Below, piece by piece: positions 8,974-19,007 of a stretch of 64,000 bases of DNA. The number at the start of each line of letters is the position of its first letter. The first letter of the stretch is position 1. Both the position numbers and the translations under genes were made by a program. The DNA lies in the IMG/VR virus record IMGVR_UViG_3300031884_000002, positions 62,001-126,000 of that record; one strand, given 5' to 3'. The notes beneath the pieces are model-generated. The model was not told where the DNA came from. It saw only the letters and a list, made by a program, of their open reading frames with translations, and made no database searches.

Positions 8974-9860
8974 AACATTAAGGATTTAAGACCTTTATCG
9001 ATTTTATCCAATGGAATATAATCAACCGGACTACTATTAAAATTTACAATTGTTCCATTCGTAATATGATAAACATCAACTTGACTTAAATTTTTATAAG
9101 TTGAAATATATGCAAATCCGTGTTGCCATGCATTGGCACGCCCACCTTTAGTAGCAAATTCCGGAGAAAGATTACATAAACATCCAATCGACCACGACCA
9201 CATAATATCTTTATCTCCCGCTTCATTGATACGATTTCGTTTACTAAAATCTTTATAAGTAATAGCATGACTATCCGCATGAACAACTCTATGATTTTGC
9301 ATCATATATTGAGTTTCACTAAGTCCATTGCCATGCATAACATAGACATCTCCAACTTCATATATTGGACGAATAGAGCCTCCATTCCAAGGAATATAAG
9401 TTATATTAAGTTCTTTCCATATGGAACATTTACGAATACTTATACCATCTCCAAAACTTCGAAGCAAATCATTTTTTCTTAATTCAAATTCGGAACGATA
9501 TTCGTGATTACCTTCGATAAAAATAATTTCAGCATTGGGCACAAACTTACGAATAACACGGAGAAATTCTTTTCCCATATTAAGAGTTTCTTTCCACGCA
9601 GAAAAATGATATTCTCCATCGTCAGTCATAATCAATCCTCCCTTATTTATTTTAGCAGTCCATCCAGAGCACTGTTGATTATCAAACATATCTCCCATAA
9701 TAATAACTCTATCAGCACCATATTTTTTAATAATCTGCATCAATGGAGACAATGCAACTGGATCATGACGGCAATCTGGCAATTTAACCTTTCCATCTAC
9801 TAACAATGCTGCTTGAAGATGTAAATCTGGAATTGTAATTGTTGTCTCTAATTTATTCAT
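8970..9860 (-). CDS. calcineurin-like metallophosphoesterase
   Basis: PDLH, GDMFD and EGNHE motifs; ATGA overlap with the effector start. Confidence 0.85.
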   Translation of the reverse strand: MNKLETTITIPDLHLQAALLVDGKVKLPDCRHDPVALSPLMQIIKKYGADRVIIMGDMFDNQQCSGWTAKINKGGLIMTDDGEYHFSAWKETLNMGKEFLRVIRKFVPNAEIIFIEGNHEYRSEFELRKNDLLRSFGDGISIRKCSIWKELNITYIPWNGGSIRPIYEVGDVYVMHGNGLSETQYMMQNHRVVHADSHAITYKDFSKRNRINEAGDKDIMWSWSIGCLCNLSPEFATKGGRANAWQHGFAYISTYKNLSQVDVYHITNGTIVNFNSSPVDYIPLDKIDKGLKSLML

Positions 9861-9869
9861 TATTGAAGG

Positions 9870-9898
9870 AGTATATCAGGTTAATAAAAAAATGTCAA
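9870..9898 (-). promoter_or_regulatory. promoter of the phosphoesterase-effector operon (TTGACA-N17-TATACT)
   Basis: Near-consensus hexamers 9 nt before the ATG at 9860. Confidence 0.8.
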
Positions 9899-10456
9899 TA
9901 ATTTATTCGGGCACTATTTTAACGGTGACTTTTCCCGGTTGGGTAAGAAAACCTTCATTATGAAGATAATAAATAAAATCGGCACAGAACTCTTTTCGCT
10001 CATATCCTTCAAGTCCTAACATAGTCCAAGGATGATTACCATATATCGTAATTGCATTTCCATCTATTTTGAACTTTATATTGCGTAAGTTCATTTATAT
10101 CTTAACAATATCCTCATAATGATTATTACATTCGGCCTCTTTAATATAACGTTTAGCGGTTCGGTGTCGAGATTCATCTGGAAACTTTCTAATTACAGAA
10201 TACAATAATTCATTATAATTGTCAAGTAAGTTTTTAACGCAACGATGACACATCCAATATTCTGTTTTATTAGGTTCTCCTAAGTTTAAACAACCTACAG
10301 TAGTCCATTTGCATACAGAACAAGTTGGATTTGTTTTATTACAGACTTCATTTATTAAATCAGTCGGTGTAACTTTATTCATATTTTTAAAGAAACGTTT
10401 AAAATCATCAACCTCTTCATCAATTGCATTGTTATCCAAATCGTTATATTTATAAT

Positions 10457-10849
10457 TCATAATTTATTTTTTCTATCTTCTAAAATTGAATTAATAGCAG
10501 TTTTATAGATTTCTCCTAATTTTGGCTGTTTTAATATCATTTCCAAATGTTCGGTTTCACATTTACTGACTAATACATATTTAAATGGTCCATTACCATC
10601 TTTACCATATGTTCCCCACACTAATTTATTTTTAATAGTTTCTAATGAGTCGGTATCAGATAAGTTCCATTCTTCATATAATGAAGTATGTAAATCACCA
10701 CAACGACGAATATAAGAACAGCCACCGTCTGCTGCTATACTGGCACCATTGGCAAATGTATAAGAAACATAATCATGAGTATTACGAGAAAGGATAAAAA
10801 TATCCTCGTTTGGTTTCTCTAAAATCTTTATTGCATTTTGTATAATCAT
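10457..10849 (-). CDS. conserved phage hypothetical protein
   Basis: DGG..YIRR and WGTYGKDG motifs seen in phage proteins. Confidence 0.55.
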   Translation of the reverse strand: MIIQNAIKILEKPNEDIFILSRNTHDYVSYTFANGASIAADGGCSYIRRCGDLHTSLYEEWNLSDTDSLETIKNKLVWGTYGKDGNGPFKYVLVSKCETEHLEMILKQPKLGEIYKTAINSILEDRKNKL

Positions 10850-11073
10850 AATTTATTTATAAGTTTTCCATATAATTGGAAAACAAGGTATAAAACATAG
10901 ATACCAAGTGGTTTCCGTGGCATTTAATTCTACGATTTCGGTAAATGAATGATTGCTAGAATAACCGTGATTTTTTAACAAATCTCCACAATGGCAAGTT
11001 GGTTCGGATTTAACAGTTTTCCAGTATAATCCAATCCAACAATCCTGTTTAACAAATTGCATTTTCATATTTC

Positions 11074-11532
11074 TTAATTCCAATAAGAATATAGTAACCA
11101 CTTGGGTTCTTCGGTGTATTTAATATTATATTTTTTACAAAAATCGGTAATTATAGTTGGGTCTTGTTTAGTTATTTCTTGCAATTCCAACGGATATCCA
11201 CGATTTGCCGTTTGTTCAGTTCCTCTAATTCCTATAATATACATAGGACATTCGTGATGACAATGAGTAAACACTTCAACCGGACATTTATTATTTTTTA
11301 CAATTTCACGTTGCTCGTCAAAATATTTATCAATTATTTCTTGGGAAGGACGAATACCATTTAAATATTCTCCATTTTCATCATAAATTTCGAAGGATGG
11401 TTTAAATTTCGAAACTTCACGTAAATACCATTCTTCAAAATCCCCATCAAAGGGTTCATTGTCCCACGGAAATTCAGTTCCTTCCTCAAAGGGAATTCCA
11501 TAACAAATATTAGCATCAGTTGATTGTCCCAT
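11074..11532 (-). CDS. hypothetical protein
   Basis: 152-aa ORF behind the promoter at 11542-11569. Confidence 0.7.
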   Translation of the reverse strand: MGQSTDANICYGIPFEEGTEFPWDNEPFDGDFEEWYLREVSKFKPSFEIYDENGEYLNGIRPSQEIIDKYFDEQREIVKNNKCPVEVFTHCHHECPMYIIGIRGTEQTANRGYPLELQEITKQDPTIITDFCKKYNIKYTEEPKWLLYSYWN

Positions 11533-11627
11533 AATTTTAAAAGTATATCAGAGTTTAGATTAAAGTCAATCAAAAAATATTTTCATTTTGTCTGACGTTT
11601 TTTGCTTTGACGTTATATTTATAGTGT

Positions 11628-12812
11628 ATGAATGATGCATCAAAATTAAACCAAAGTCAAGAGAAAGAAGTTATATGGGAAGAAAGAAATTATACAGAAC
11701 CAGAGAAGAATTACTTGAACAGCAACGTGCCAGAGCAAAACGATATTACAACAAAAACAAACAAAGAATATCCGCTGTCAGAATGGCCAATTACTATAAA
11801 GCCAATAAAAAGCGGAATATACAAAATAATAAATAAAATTAATAATAAATATTATGTAGGAAGTGCTAAAAATATAAGAAACAGATGGAAAAAGCACTTT
11901 ACTGATCTAAATACAAATCGACATCCCAACTATCATTTGCAGAGCGCATATAATAAATATGGAAAAGATAGTTTTATTTTTACATTTATAGAAGAAGTCG
12001 AATCTAATAAAAAACTGTTATATAAAGTAGAATATAAATATTTAAGAATTGCTAAAAAAGAAAAACCAAATGTATATAATTTAAGGTTTAAACCGGCTGG
12101 AGGACCAACCGATACATATGGGCGATGGAAAATATCAGAATATAACAAAACAAGAGTATTTACGAAAGAAACAAGAGCAAAAATGTCGGCGGCATTAAAA
12201 AGAAGAAAAGTAACAAACGAAACACGACAAAAACTAAGTGATACTAATAAATTATATTATTCTATACCTGAAAACAGACAAAAACTCATAGAAATGAGTA
12301 AAAAAGTAAATCGGCAGAAAATAGGAATTAAAAATAGAGACAAAACTATATATAAATTTATAAATGTAAATACAGGAGAAATATTCGAAGGAATTAGATA
12401 TGATTTTAGAACAAAATATAACTTAAGGAAAAGCAGTGTTAATGGAGTTATTAAAAAACGAAGAAAGACAGTTAGTGGCTGGAGATTATTTGATAATTCA
12501 TATGTTCCAATTGTCGGAAAAAATAACAAATATAAAAATAAAGAAGAATCAAATTTTTCCAAACGCAAAATTAAAAATAGACCTTCAAAAGAGGAACTTC
12601 TCACAATGATATGGAATAAATCCACAATTCAAATAAGTAATGAGTTTTGCGTGAGCAAAGGAGCAATTAGAAAATGGTGTATAGGATACAATATACCACT
12701 TCCTCCTGTTGGTTATTGGATTAAATTAAAATATGGATATAAAGATGAATGTCTTAAAATAAAAGAAGAACAATTTAAAAAATTTAATCTTGTTTGTAAT
12801 TTTGATTTATAA
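11628..12812 (+). CDS. GIY-YIG homing endonuclease with NUMOD-type repeats
   Basis: SGIYKIINKINNKYYVGSAKNIRNRW and LQSAYNKYG. Confidence 0.92.
   Translation: MNDASKLNQSQEKEVIWEERNYTEPEKNYLNSNVPEQNDITTKTNKEYPLSEWPITIKPIKSGIYKIINKINNKYYVGSAKNIRNRWKKHFTDLNTNRHPNYHLQSAYNKYGKDSFIFTFIEEVESNKKLLYKVEYKYLRIAKKEKPNVYNLRFKPAGGPTDTYGRWKISEYNKTRVFTKETRAKMSAALKRRKVTNETRQKLSDTNKLYYSIPENRQKLIEMSKKVNRQKIGIKNRDKTIYKFINVNTGEIFEGIRYDFRTKYNLRKSSVNGVIKKRRKTVSGWRLFDNSYVPIVGKNNKYKNKEESNFSKRKIKNRPSKEELLTMIWNKSTIQISNEFCVSKGAIRKWCIGYNIPLPPVGYWIKLKYGYKDECLKIKEEQFKKFNLVCNFDL
11675..11836 (+). CDS. overlapping basic peptide MGRKK-1 (53 aa)
   Basis: MGRKKLYRTREELLEQQRARAKRYY...; first 20 aa identical to the paralog at 58580, differing only by synonymous changes. 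Confidence 0.75.
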   Translation: MGRKKLYRTREELLEQQRARAKRYYNKNKQRISAVRMANYYKANKKRNIQNNK

Positions 12813-13779
12813 TTTTCAAAGACCACGATTTTCCAATGCTATTAGAGTAAAATGGAATTATAGGACTTACAACAATTCCTTCGGCTGGTTTATTGTTGGG
12901 ATATAATTGTTTATCGGCGATTTGTCTAAAATATTCTACTGTATGAATGTTTTTATCAAAAACAAACCGGTCAATGAGCGGAACAATAGGAATGTTCAAT
13001 GTATTGCATAAAGTATTTAACTCATCCCAAGTATATAAATTACGAGTATCCAAATCTTTTGCTCTGAATATTCTAAGTTGCCGATCCTTTAATTCTAATC
13101 TGTTTCCATTCAATCCGGTGCCGATAGACTCTGCTTGAATAGCAATATTTTTATTTAATTGAATTAGTTTAGATTTAATATCATATTTATCAACCATTTG
13201 ATATGGAAATCCTTCTCCTTCTTTTAACTTCAGGCGACGACTACAAGCGTCAAATTCGGAATTATTGTAGATAAAAGTAGTGCTACTACCATCCATCTTT
13301 TGGGTTATAACTACTTCTTTACCATCTAATTCCAATAATGCTTCAGGATAACTTAATAAATTGAGTTCATCACTAATGGAAATTAGCGAAGATGGAAATC
13401 CACCTTTAGTTTCTCCATTATTTATAAAAGTCTCCGGTTTTTCATATTTCAATACTCCCAATATAGAAGTAACATCATCCCCAATATTATATTCTCCATT
13501 CGGGAGAATAGACAATGGTTGAACTAACCCGCTTGATGGAGTACCTTTGAACCGAGCATTCCAAACACGATATTTCTGCTTTTCCATGAATTTGAAATTT
13601 TCTGTTGGTGGCACAATACTATCAATCTCAATAAAAACTACCTTATCTCCATTTTTAAATTGTCCCTTGGACACCACAACCGGCCATTCTTTAATTTTAG
13701 CACATTCAAGGCGCAAAACTTCCGGATTTGGATGTGGTGTTATAGAGTGTATAGTTTCTATGTATGCTAATTTACTCAT
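12784..13779 (-). CDS. ATP-dependent RNA ligase, DRB0094-like family
   Basis: N-terminal OB-like segment GDKVVFIEIDS; motif I KMDGSS; EGIVV; KIIN..Y. Confidence 0.88.
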   Translation of the reverse strand: MSKLAYIETIHSITPHPNPEVLRLECAKIKEWPVVVSKGQFKNGDKVVFIEIDSIVPPTENFKFMEKQKYRVWNARFKGTPSSGLVQPLSILPNGEYNIGDDVTSILGVLKYEKPETFINNGETKGGFPSSLISISDELNLLSYPEALLELDGKEVVITQKMDGSSTTFIYNNSEFDACSRRLKLKEGEGFPYQMVDKYDIKSKLIQLNKNIAIQAESIGTGLNGNRLELKDRQLRIFRAKDLDTRNLYTWDELNTLCNTLNIPIVPLIDRFVFDKNIHTVEYFRQIADKQLYPNNKPAEGIVVSPIIPFYSNSIGKSWSLKIINQNYKQD

Positions 13780-14349
13780 AATGGTTAAAGTATATAGGTA
13801 AAATCTAAAATGTCAAGGTCTATTTATTTTGAATATATAAATAGAAACTATCGGTGAAAACATTATAAAGTCGCAATAAGCTCTGGTTTAGTTCTAAAAA
13901 TACGAATCCCTAATTCCGACTCATAAAACCCACGATGATTAGAGTTTATAGTATAATCTATAATAAGCATTGGATGATTTGTGTTTTTTACAACATCTAT
14001 ATAATAATGAATTTGTATATCATGTATAGAGAATTTTTCTGGTTTATTATTTAACATCATCCAGATAGTATCTCCGATATTTAATTTAGTTTCAAATGTC
14101 ATATAGTTTATTCATACGGTCTATTATCTTTTAAATCTTCAGTTAAATAATCATATACTCTGTCTTTAAATACGGTGTCGCTCAATCCCCACTGTTCCGC
14201 TATGAACTTTATATCGATTGGAAGTGTATTATATATTTTATCCAATTGATTGTCAGTAGGTTCAGTATCATTGTTATGAGCGGTCAACGCATCAATAATA
14301 ACATCGTTGAATGCGTCTTGGTCTGATTCTGAATATTCTTTATATTTTT

Positions 14350-15537
14350 TCATGATAATCCAATAGATTTAAAAAAGTTTTCCCTATGTAAAATGGAAAA
14401 TAATTCTAATTGTTTAGCATCTTTATTTTGTAAATCATAAATCGGTTGACCTTTTTCATTTTTAATTAAAACAATCTTACCATGTCCAGTATCTTCAATA
14501 GATTTCATTAAACTTCTAACTTTTTGATTATTATTGAATTGAGATTTTAGGCGTCTATTAACATCGGACCAGTTATTCTGATATCTTTCTAATAAACGCC
14601 GAATTAATTCATCGGTAGATGTATCTACAACAATCACATTATTATTACATAGATAATGCATATTACAATCTATAAGCAATGCTCCATTTAGAATAATAAG
14701 TCCTGTTTTACCAGCAATTTGCTTTCTAATTTCTCTAATCATTATAGGCTTATATAAATCTTGTATTTTTTTATTAAAAAAACAATCATTAAATATTGCT
14801 TCCTGTAAATCTAATTTTATAATTTTAAAATATTCAGTCTTATTTTTATCGGATAACATTTCCATCACGGTTTTACGCATATCCATTACTTCAATATTTT
14901 CCTTAAATGTATCGCCATATGTTAAATTATATGCAATTTTATCCATATCTATATGAGTAACTGGTAAATTAGAATACCCATCAATCAATAACTGAGTTAT
15001 ATAAGATTTACCACAACCAATGGTGCCGGTAACTCCGATAATATATTGTTGATTTATTTTAATTTCCAATAATTGCTTGGCCGATAAAGAAACATAATCC
15101 CTAACATCGCCATTGTATTTAATCAATTCTTTGGCGGCTGATGAACTAATTTTAGCATCAATCGGATTAGAAAATAAAACACAAGTATCAACTCCGTTTT
15201 CCTGTGCCACCGTTACTTCGTGTAACATTCGTTCATATTCCGTATCTTTAATATCCCGAATACCTTTAATAATAGTAACAATACCTTTGGAACGAGCATA
15301 ATCGCTAACTAATTGATTATCAGGGAGAACATCAACTTCAAACTCGGTTGATAATAAAGAAGGCAGAGCACTATAAATAAGTCCAATCCGTTCTTCAATA
15401 TTAAATGTATATTTTTTAGCAGGATTATTCGCCACTAAAACAACCACCTTGTCAAACATTTTTAGTGCTCGCTTAACAATGTTGGCGTGTCCCTCGTGAA
15501 AACAATCAAAACTTCCAGCGTAAATACAAGATTTCAT
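14350..15537 (-). CDS. coaD: bifunctional phosphopantetheine adenylyltransferase / dephospho-CoA kinase (CoaD-CoaE fusion)
   Basis: YAGSFDCFHEGH, KGIR...EYE and ISSSAAKEL, followed by a P-loop IIGVTGTIGCGKS and IDMDKIA. Confidence 0.85.
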   Translation of the reverse strand: MKSCIYAGSFDCFHEGHANIVKRALKMFDKVVVLVANNPAKKYTFNIEERIGLIYSALPSLLSTEFEVDVLPDNQLVSDYARSKGIVTIIKGIRDIKDTEYERMLHEVTVAQENGVDTCVLFSNPIDAKISSSAAKELIKYNGDVRDYVSLSAKQLLEIKINQQYIIGVTGTIGCGKSYITQLLIDGYSNLPVTHIDMDKIAYNLTYGDTFKENIEVMDMRKTVMEMLSDKNKTEYFKIIKLDLQEAIFNDCFFNKKIQDLYKPIMIREIRKQIAGKTGLIILNGALLIDCNMHYLCNNNVIVVDTSTDELIRRLLERYQNNWSDVNRRLKSQFNNNQKVRSLMKSIEDTGHGKIVLIKNEKGQPIYDLQNKDAKQLELFSILHRENFFKSIGLS

Positions 15538-15690
15538 AAATTTACAATTATTCCATTTTTACTTTTAACAAATGATATCAATGTTTCTTTGGAACCAGTC
15601 GATACAAAAGAATAAAATATAAACCAAGATTGGCGATATAATAGGTATATATCATGTACTTCATCATATGCTTTAATTTTATATTTCATA

Positions 15691-16173
15691 TTATTTAATT
15701 GTAGATTTATACCAATAATAAATATTGGTCTTAGTTAATTCATTTCCATATACAGTCATGCTATATTCAAGTAATTTATGAAAAAAATCAACCGCAATAT
15801 AATTCATATCAAATAGGTTACAAGACTCAATAAAACGAGTCATTCTTTTATGGTTATGATTTCCTGCCGTTGCCCAAAAACGTGGTCCAGCAATCATGGG
15901 TTGATTAACATCCCAAAACTCCACCATCAATTTAATAGCATTATTAAATCGAAGAGAAAAATCCTCCCTACTTGCTAAGTAATCTACTGTATAGTCATCC
16001 AATACAGGAGAACCTTCAACACACTGACTTGGTGTATATGTTGGAAAAATCCATTGGATATAATCATGAGTATTTTCCAATTCTCCATTGGACATTAACA
16101 TAATATCTCCAAATGTTTTACCAGAATTATTAGTTCCGTTGCCTATATAAAATTCAATTAAAGCATTATTCAT
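15691..16173 (-). CDS. opioid growth factor receptor (OGFr) conserved-domain protein
   Basis: LENTHDYIQWIFP and NHNHKRMTR; start placed at MNNAL because of an ATGA overlap with the upstream gene. Confidence 0.8.
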   Translation of the reverse strand: MNNALIEFYIGNGTNNSGKTFGDIMLMSNGELENTHDYIQWIFPTYTPSQCVEGSPVLDDYTVDYLASREDFSLRFNNAIKLMVEFWDVNQPMIAGPRFWATAGNHNHKRMTRFIESCNLFDMNYIAVDFFHKLLEYSMTVYGNELTKTNIYYWYKSTIK

Positions 16174-16613
16174 AAATATTTTAAAGCAAAGTAATTTATA
16201 GTTAAATGTAATAAGTTGTCGGTGATAATATAGAGCCAAATGGTTATACAGAATAATCTACGTTGTTGTAATACATTATCAAAATAAACTTCACCTTTCT
16301 TAGAATTGATTGGACTGTCATCAAAATACCCAGTCGTATCACAATTTCCGAATGAAGGATATTGAAACTTGGGATTGATATGATTTTTTAACCAGATAAG
16401 TCTTCTAACTATAATGGGAAATCTATCAATAATAAAATGGGTGCCGCCAATAACCAACAATGCTTTCCAAGAAAAAGTTAAAAACAAGAATAAAGAAGTA
16501 TAAATCAAAACATGAACCAAGCATGGCATAGTCTTTTTAGACTTATTCATTGCCATCCAATCCGATTGTCCGATTATATAATCTCCAAAGCCGTGTATAA
16601 TTAGTTGTAACAT
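16170..16613 (-). CDS. DUF3307-like membrane protein
   Basis: HGFGDY..Q..WMA..K, HFIID and DNLLH. Confidence 0.75.
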   Translation of the reverse strand: MLQLIIHGFGDYIIGQSDWMAMNKSKKTMPCLVHVLIYTSLFLFLTFSWKALLVIGGTHFIIDRFPIIVRRLIWLKNHINPKFQYPSFGNCDTTGYFDDSPINSKKGEVYFDNVLQQRRLFCITIWLYIITDNLLHLTINYFALKYL

Positions 16614-16630
16614 AGTATGAATATATCAGA

Positions 16631-17125
16631 TTATATCAAATTTGTCAATCTAAATTTTGTGGCTTCATCATAACAATAATTATGATCCCAATGACATGCA
16701 TTATTCTCATGAAGAACTAATAATTCACATTGAGATAACCCATATGATATTGATAATATCGTTCCATCAATATCATTCTGAGTAATGCAGATTACATCAT
16801 CATTCATAAGACATATTATTTCAACTCTATCCATTATACTATTAAATTTGACTTTAGAATAATCAAATTTATTATTGTGAATTCGATTTGCTCGTTTGAT
16901 AAATTCATCAACTGATAATTTAAGTTTATTATATCCACATCTGGGACAATTCGTTCCGGCTAAATGTGAATTCGGAGTCTGTTTAAATGTTCCGTGTAGA
17001 GGACATATTATAATTCCTTTTATAGATGATTTAATATAAATAAATTTTGAATAGTCATATTTATCATTATGAACTTTATTTGCTTTAATAACAAAGTTAG
17101 AAGTATTTGTTACTTTATTTTTCAT
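16631..17125 (-). CDS. DUF723-repeat protein, probably a homing endonuclease lacking its nuclease domain
   Basis: HNDKYDYSK...CPLHGTFKQTPNSHL..CPRC repeat; no recognisable nuclease C-terminus. Confidence 0.65.
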   Translation of the reverse strand: MKNKVTNTSNFVIKANKVHNDKYDYSKFIYIKSSIKGIIICPLHGTFKQTPNSHLAGTNCPRCGYNKLKLSVDEFIKRANRIHNNKFDYSKVKFNSIMDRVEIICLMNDDVICITQNDIDGTILSISYGLSQCELLVLHENNACHWDHNYCYDEATKFRLTNLI

Positions 17126-17126
17126 A

Positions 17127-17216
17127 CTATCTGTGCCTTTAATTAAAAAACAAGCAAATGTATTCTATACCGTTTAGACTATTGTTGGCACAGATAGGGG
17201 TATGTAGCGAATACAT
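17127..17216 (-). promoter_or_regulatory. structured 5'-UTR (pseudoknot or switch) abutting the ATG at 17125
   Basis: ATGTATTC/GAATACAT plus ATACC/GGTAT stem whose loop CTATCTGTGCC is complementary to GGCACAGATAG just before the ATG. Confidence 0.65.
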
Positions 17217-17229
17217 ATAATGAAATCAT

Positions 17230-17682
17230 TCAATTTATATCAAAAAAATCAAACTTTTCTCTCGGCACTTTATAAAAATATTCTCCATATTTCACAAATT
17301 TATTACTTGACTCTTTTAAATGTTCGTCTCCCATATATTTACTAACTATTTTACCTTTAATAATACCAATTCGAGAGTAGTTTTTTGATAATATCACATA
17401 ATCAGTTTTTCCATCTAATAGAAACTTTTTTTTGCGTTCGGCTATATTGACTAATTCGTAGTCAAACTCAACACTTTTCCATGCTAATCTATGTTCCACC
17501 TCTACACTATACTTTCCACATTTGGATATTAAATCCACGCCATACCGTGATTTATTATCTTCCAAAATAATACCTAATTTGTCTTTATAATATTCTTTAA
17601 CGACTTCTCGTGATTTTGGGTCATGGGCGGCATGTAATGCTTTACTGAACTTTTTTTGTTTTCCGAATGTAGTTTTTTCCAT
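17230..17682 (-). CDS. putative PD-(D/E)XK-fold nuclease
   Basis: YGVDL...VEVEH motif spacing. Confidence 0.45.
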   Translation of the reverse strand: MEKTTFGKQKKFSKALHAAHDPKSREVVKEYYKDKLGIILEDNKSRYGVDLISKCGKYSVEVEHRLAWKSVEFDYELVNIAERKKKFLLDGKTDYVILSKNYSRIGIIKGKIVSKYMGDEHLKESSNKFVKYGEYFYKVPREKFDFFDIN

Positions 17683-18485
17683 ATTTTATATATCTTTTCC
17701 TTCTATGATTTTGAACTTGTTTTTCTTTAACTCTTTCAATGCTGAATTGTGAGTTCCGCCATATTCATAATAATCAGTGTCGGGAACCTTTATGAATTTA
17801 GAGGGGATTGGTCCATTATATAATCGATACCAATATATATTAGACATTCCATAAAACTTTTCTCGATTATGAATAATTGCTATTCTTACAATATCAGTTG
17901 AAAAATTACATTCGTGCCATTTATTATTAGGTTCTTTTTTACATATAGAACACAATGAATCAGGTAAACGTTTATATATACAATCGTGCTCGTATAATTT
18001 ATTTGTCTTCACTCCGCACATCGGACAGTAATAAACATATTTTGGAGTTTTGCATTTATGCTTAGGAACTAATTTATGAGTTTCTCCACAATCGGGGCAA
18101 GTTGGATTTCCAATTATTATAGTTTTACATTTATGGTCGCTACAATAGTTAAAATCTTCTCCACACTTATCACAATAATTAGTAAATGAACCAGTCATAT
18201 GTAATTTAGGCTTTATTTAACTTTGCATTAGGATAACATTTTTGACACATAAATATTTTTTTCTGTTTGTTATCAACTCCGATATAACCTTTACCAAAAC
18301 ATTTCTTACAATTATTCTTGGGAGCATGAGGAACATTAACTTTAATATCCTTAGTTCCAATTACTAATGGTGGCATAATTTTACCGGCTGCTGTTGATTT
18401 TAATTCATAAACAGGCTTAGGTACATTTTGGTTAGGTTGGGCTGGTTTAGGTATGTATTCAATTGGTTCGCTCATATAAATCAAA

Positions 18486-18521
18486 AATCGCTAATATACT
18501 TTATATTATATATTAGCGATT
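18486..18521. other. 13-bp perfect inverted repeat (hairpin)
   Basis: aatcgctaatata-N10-tatattagcgatt in the intergenic gap. Confidence 0.7.
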
Positions 18522-19007
18522 GACAAAAGACAACTTTTTATATTTGTTATTTAAACTTTACATATTTTAATTCTTCATTAGTAAGTTTGGAAGTTATCAA
18601 TTTCCTCATTTCTTCTTTTTTTAATTTCAAAACGTCTCGTTTAAGTTTATTATTTTCTTTTTCTTTTTGTTCGTCCAATTTAAACTGTTGAACTTTACGT
18701 TTAAACTCTTCTTCATAATCTTCCCAGAGCCATCTAATAGGTATTTCATATCTATATGGTTCAGGTAGTTTAAACTCTCCACTAAATCTAATATAATCAT
18801 ATTCATTATATTTTTTAGGGTCAAACCAACCATCTCCTCCCATATCACCCGAATCAGCACAATTATCATAATCCCACCATTTTAATTTGATAGAAATATA
18901 TCTAAGTATATCTCCAAATCTATCAGATACAATACGGATAATAGCATCATATTCACGTTCAGTAATATCATCAGACCGCAATAACAAATATTGTTCTTTA
19001 GTAATTT

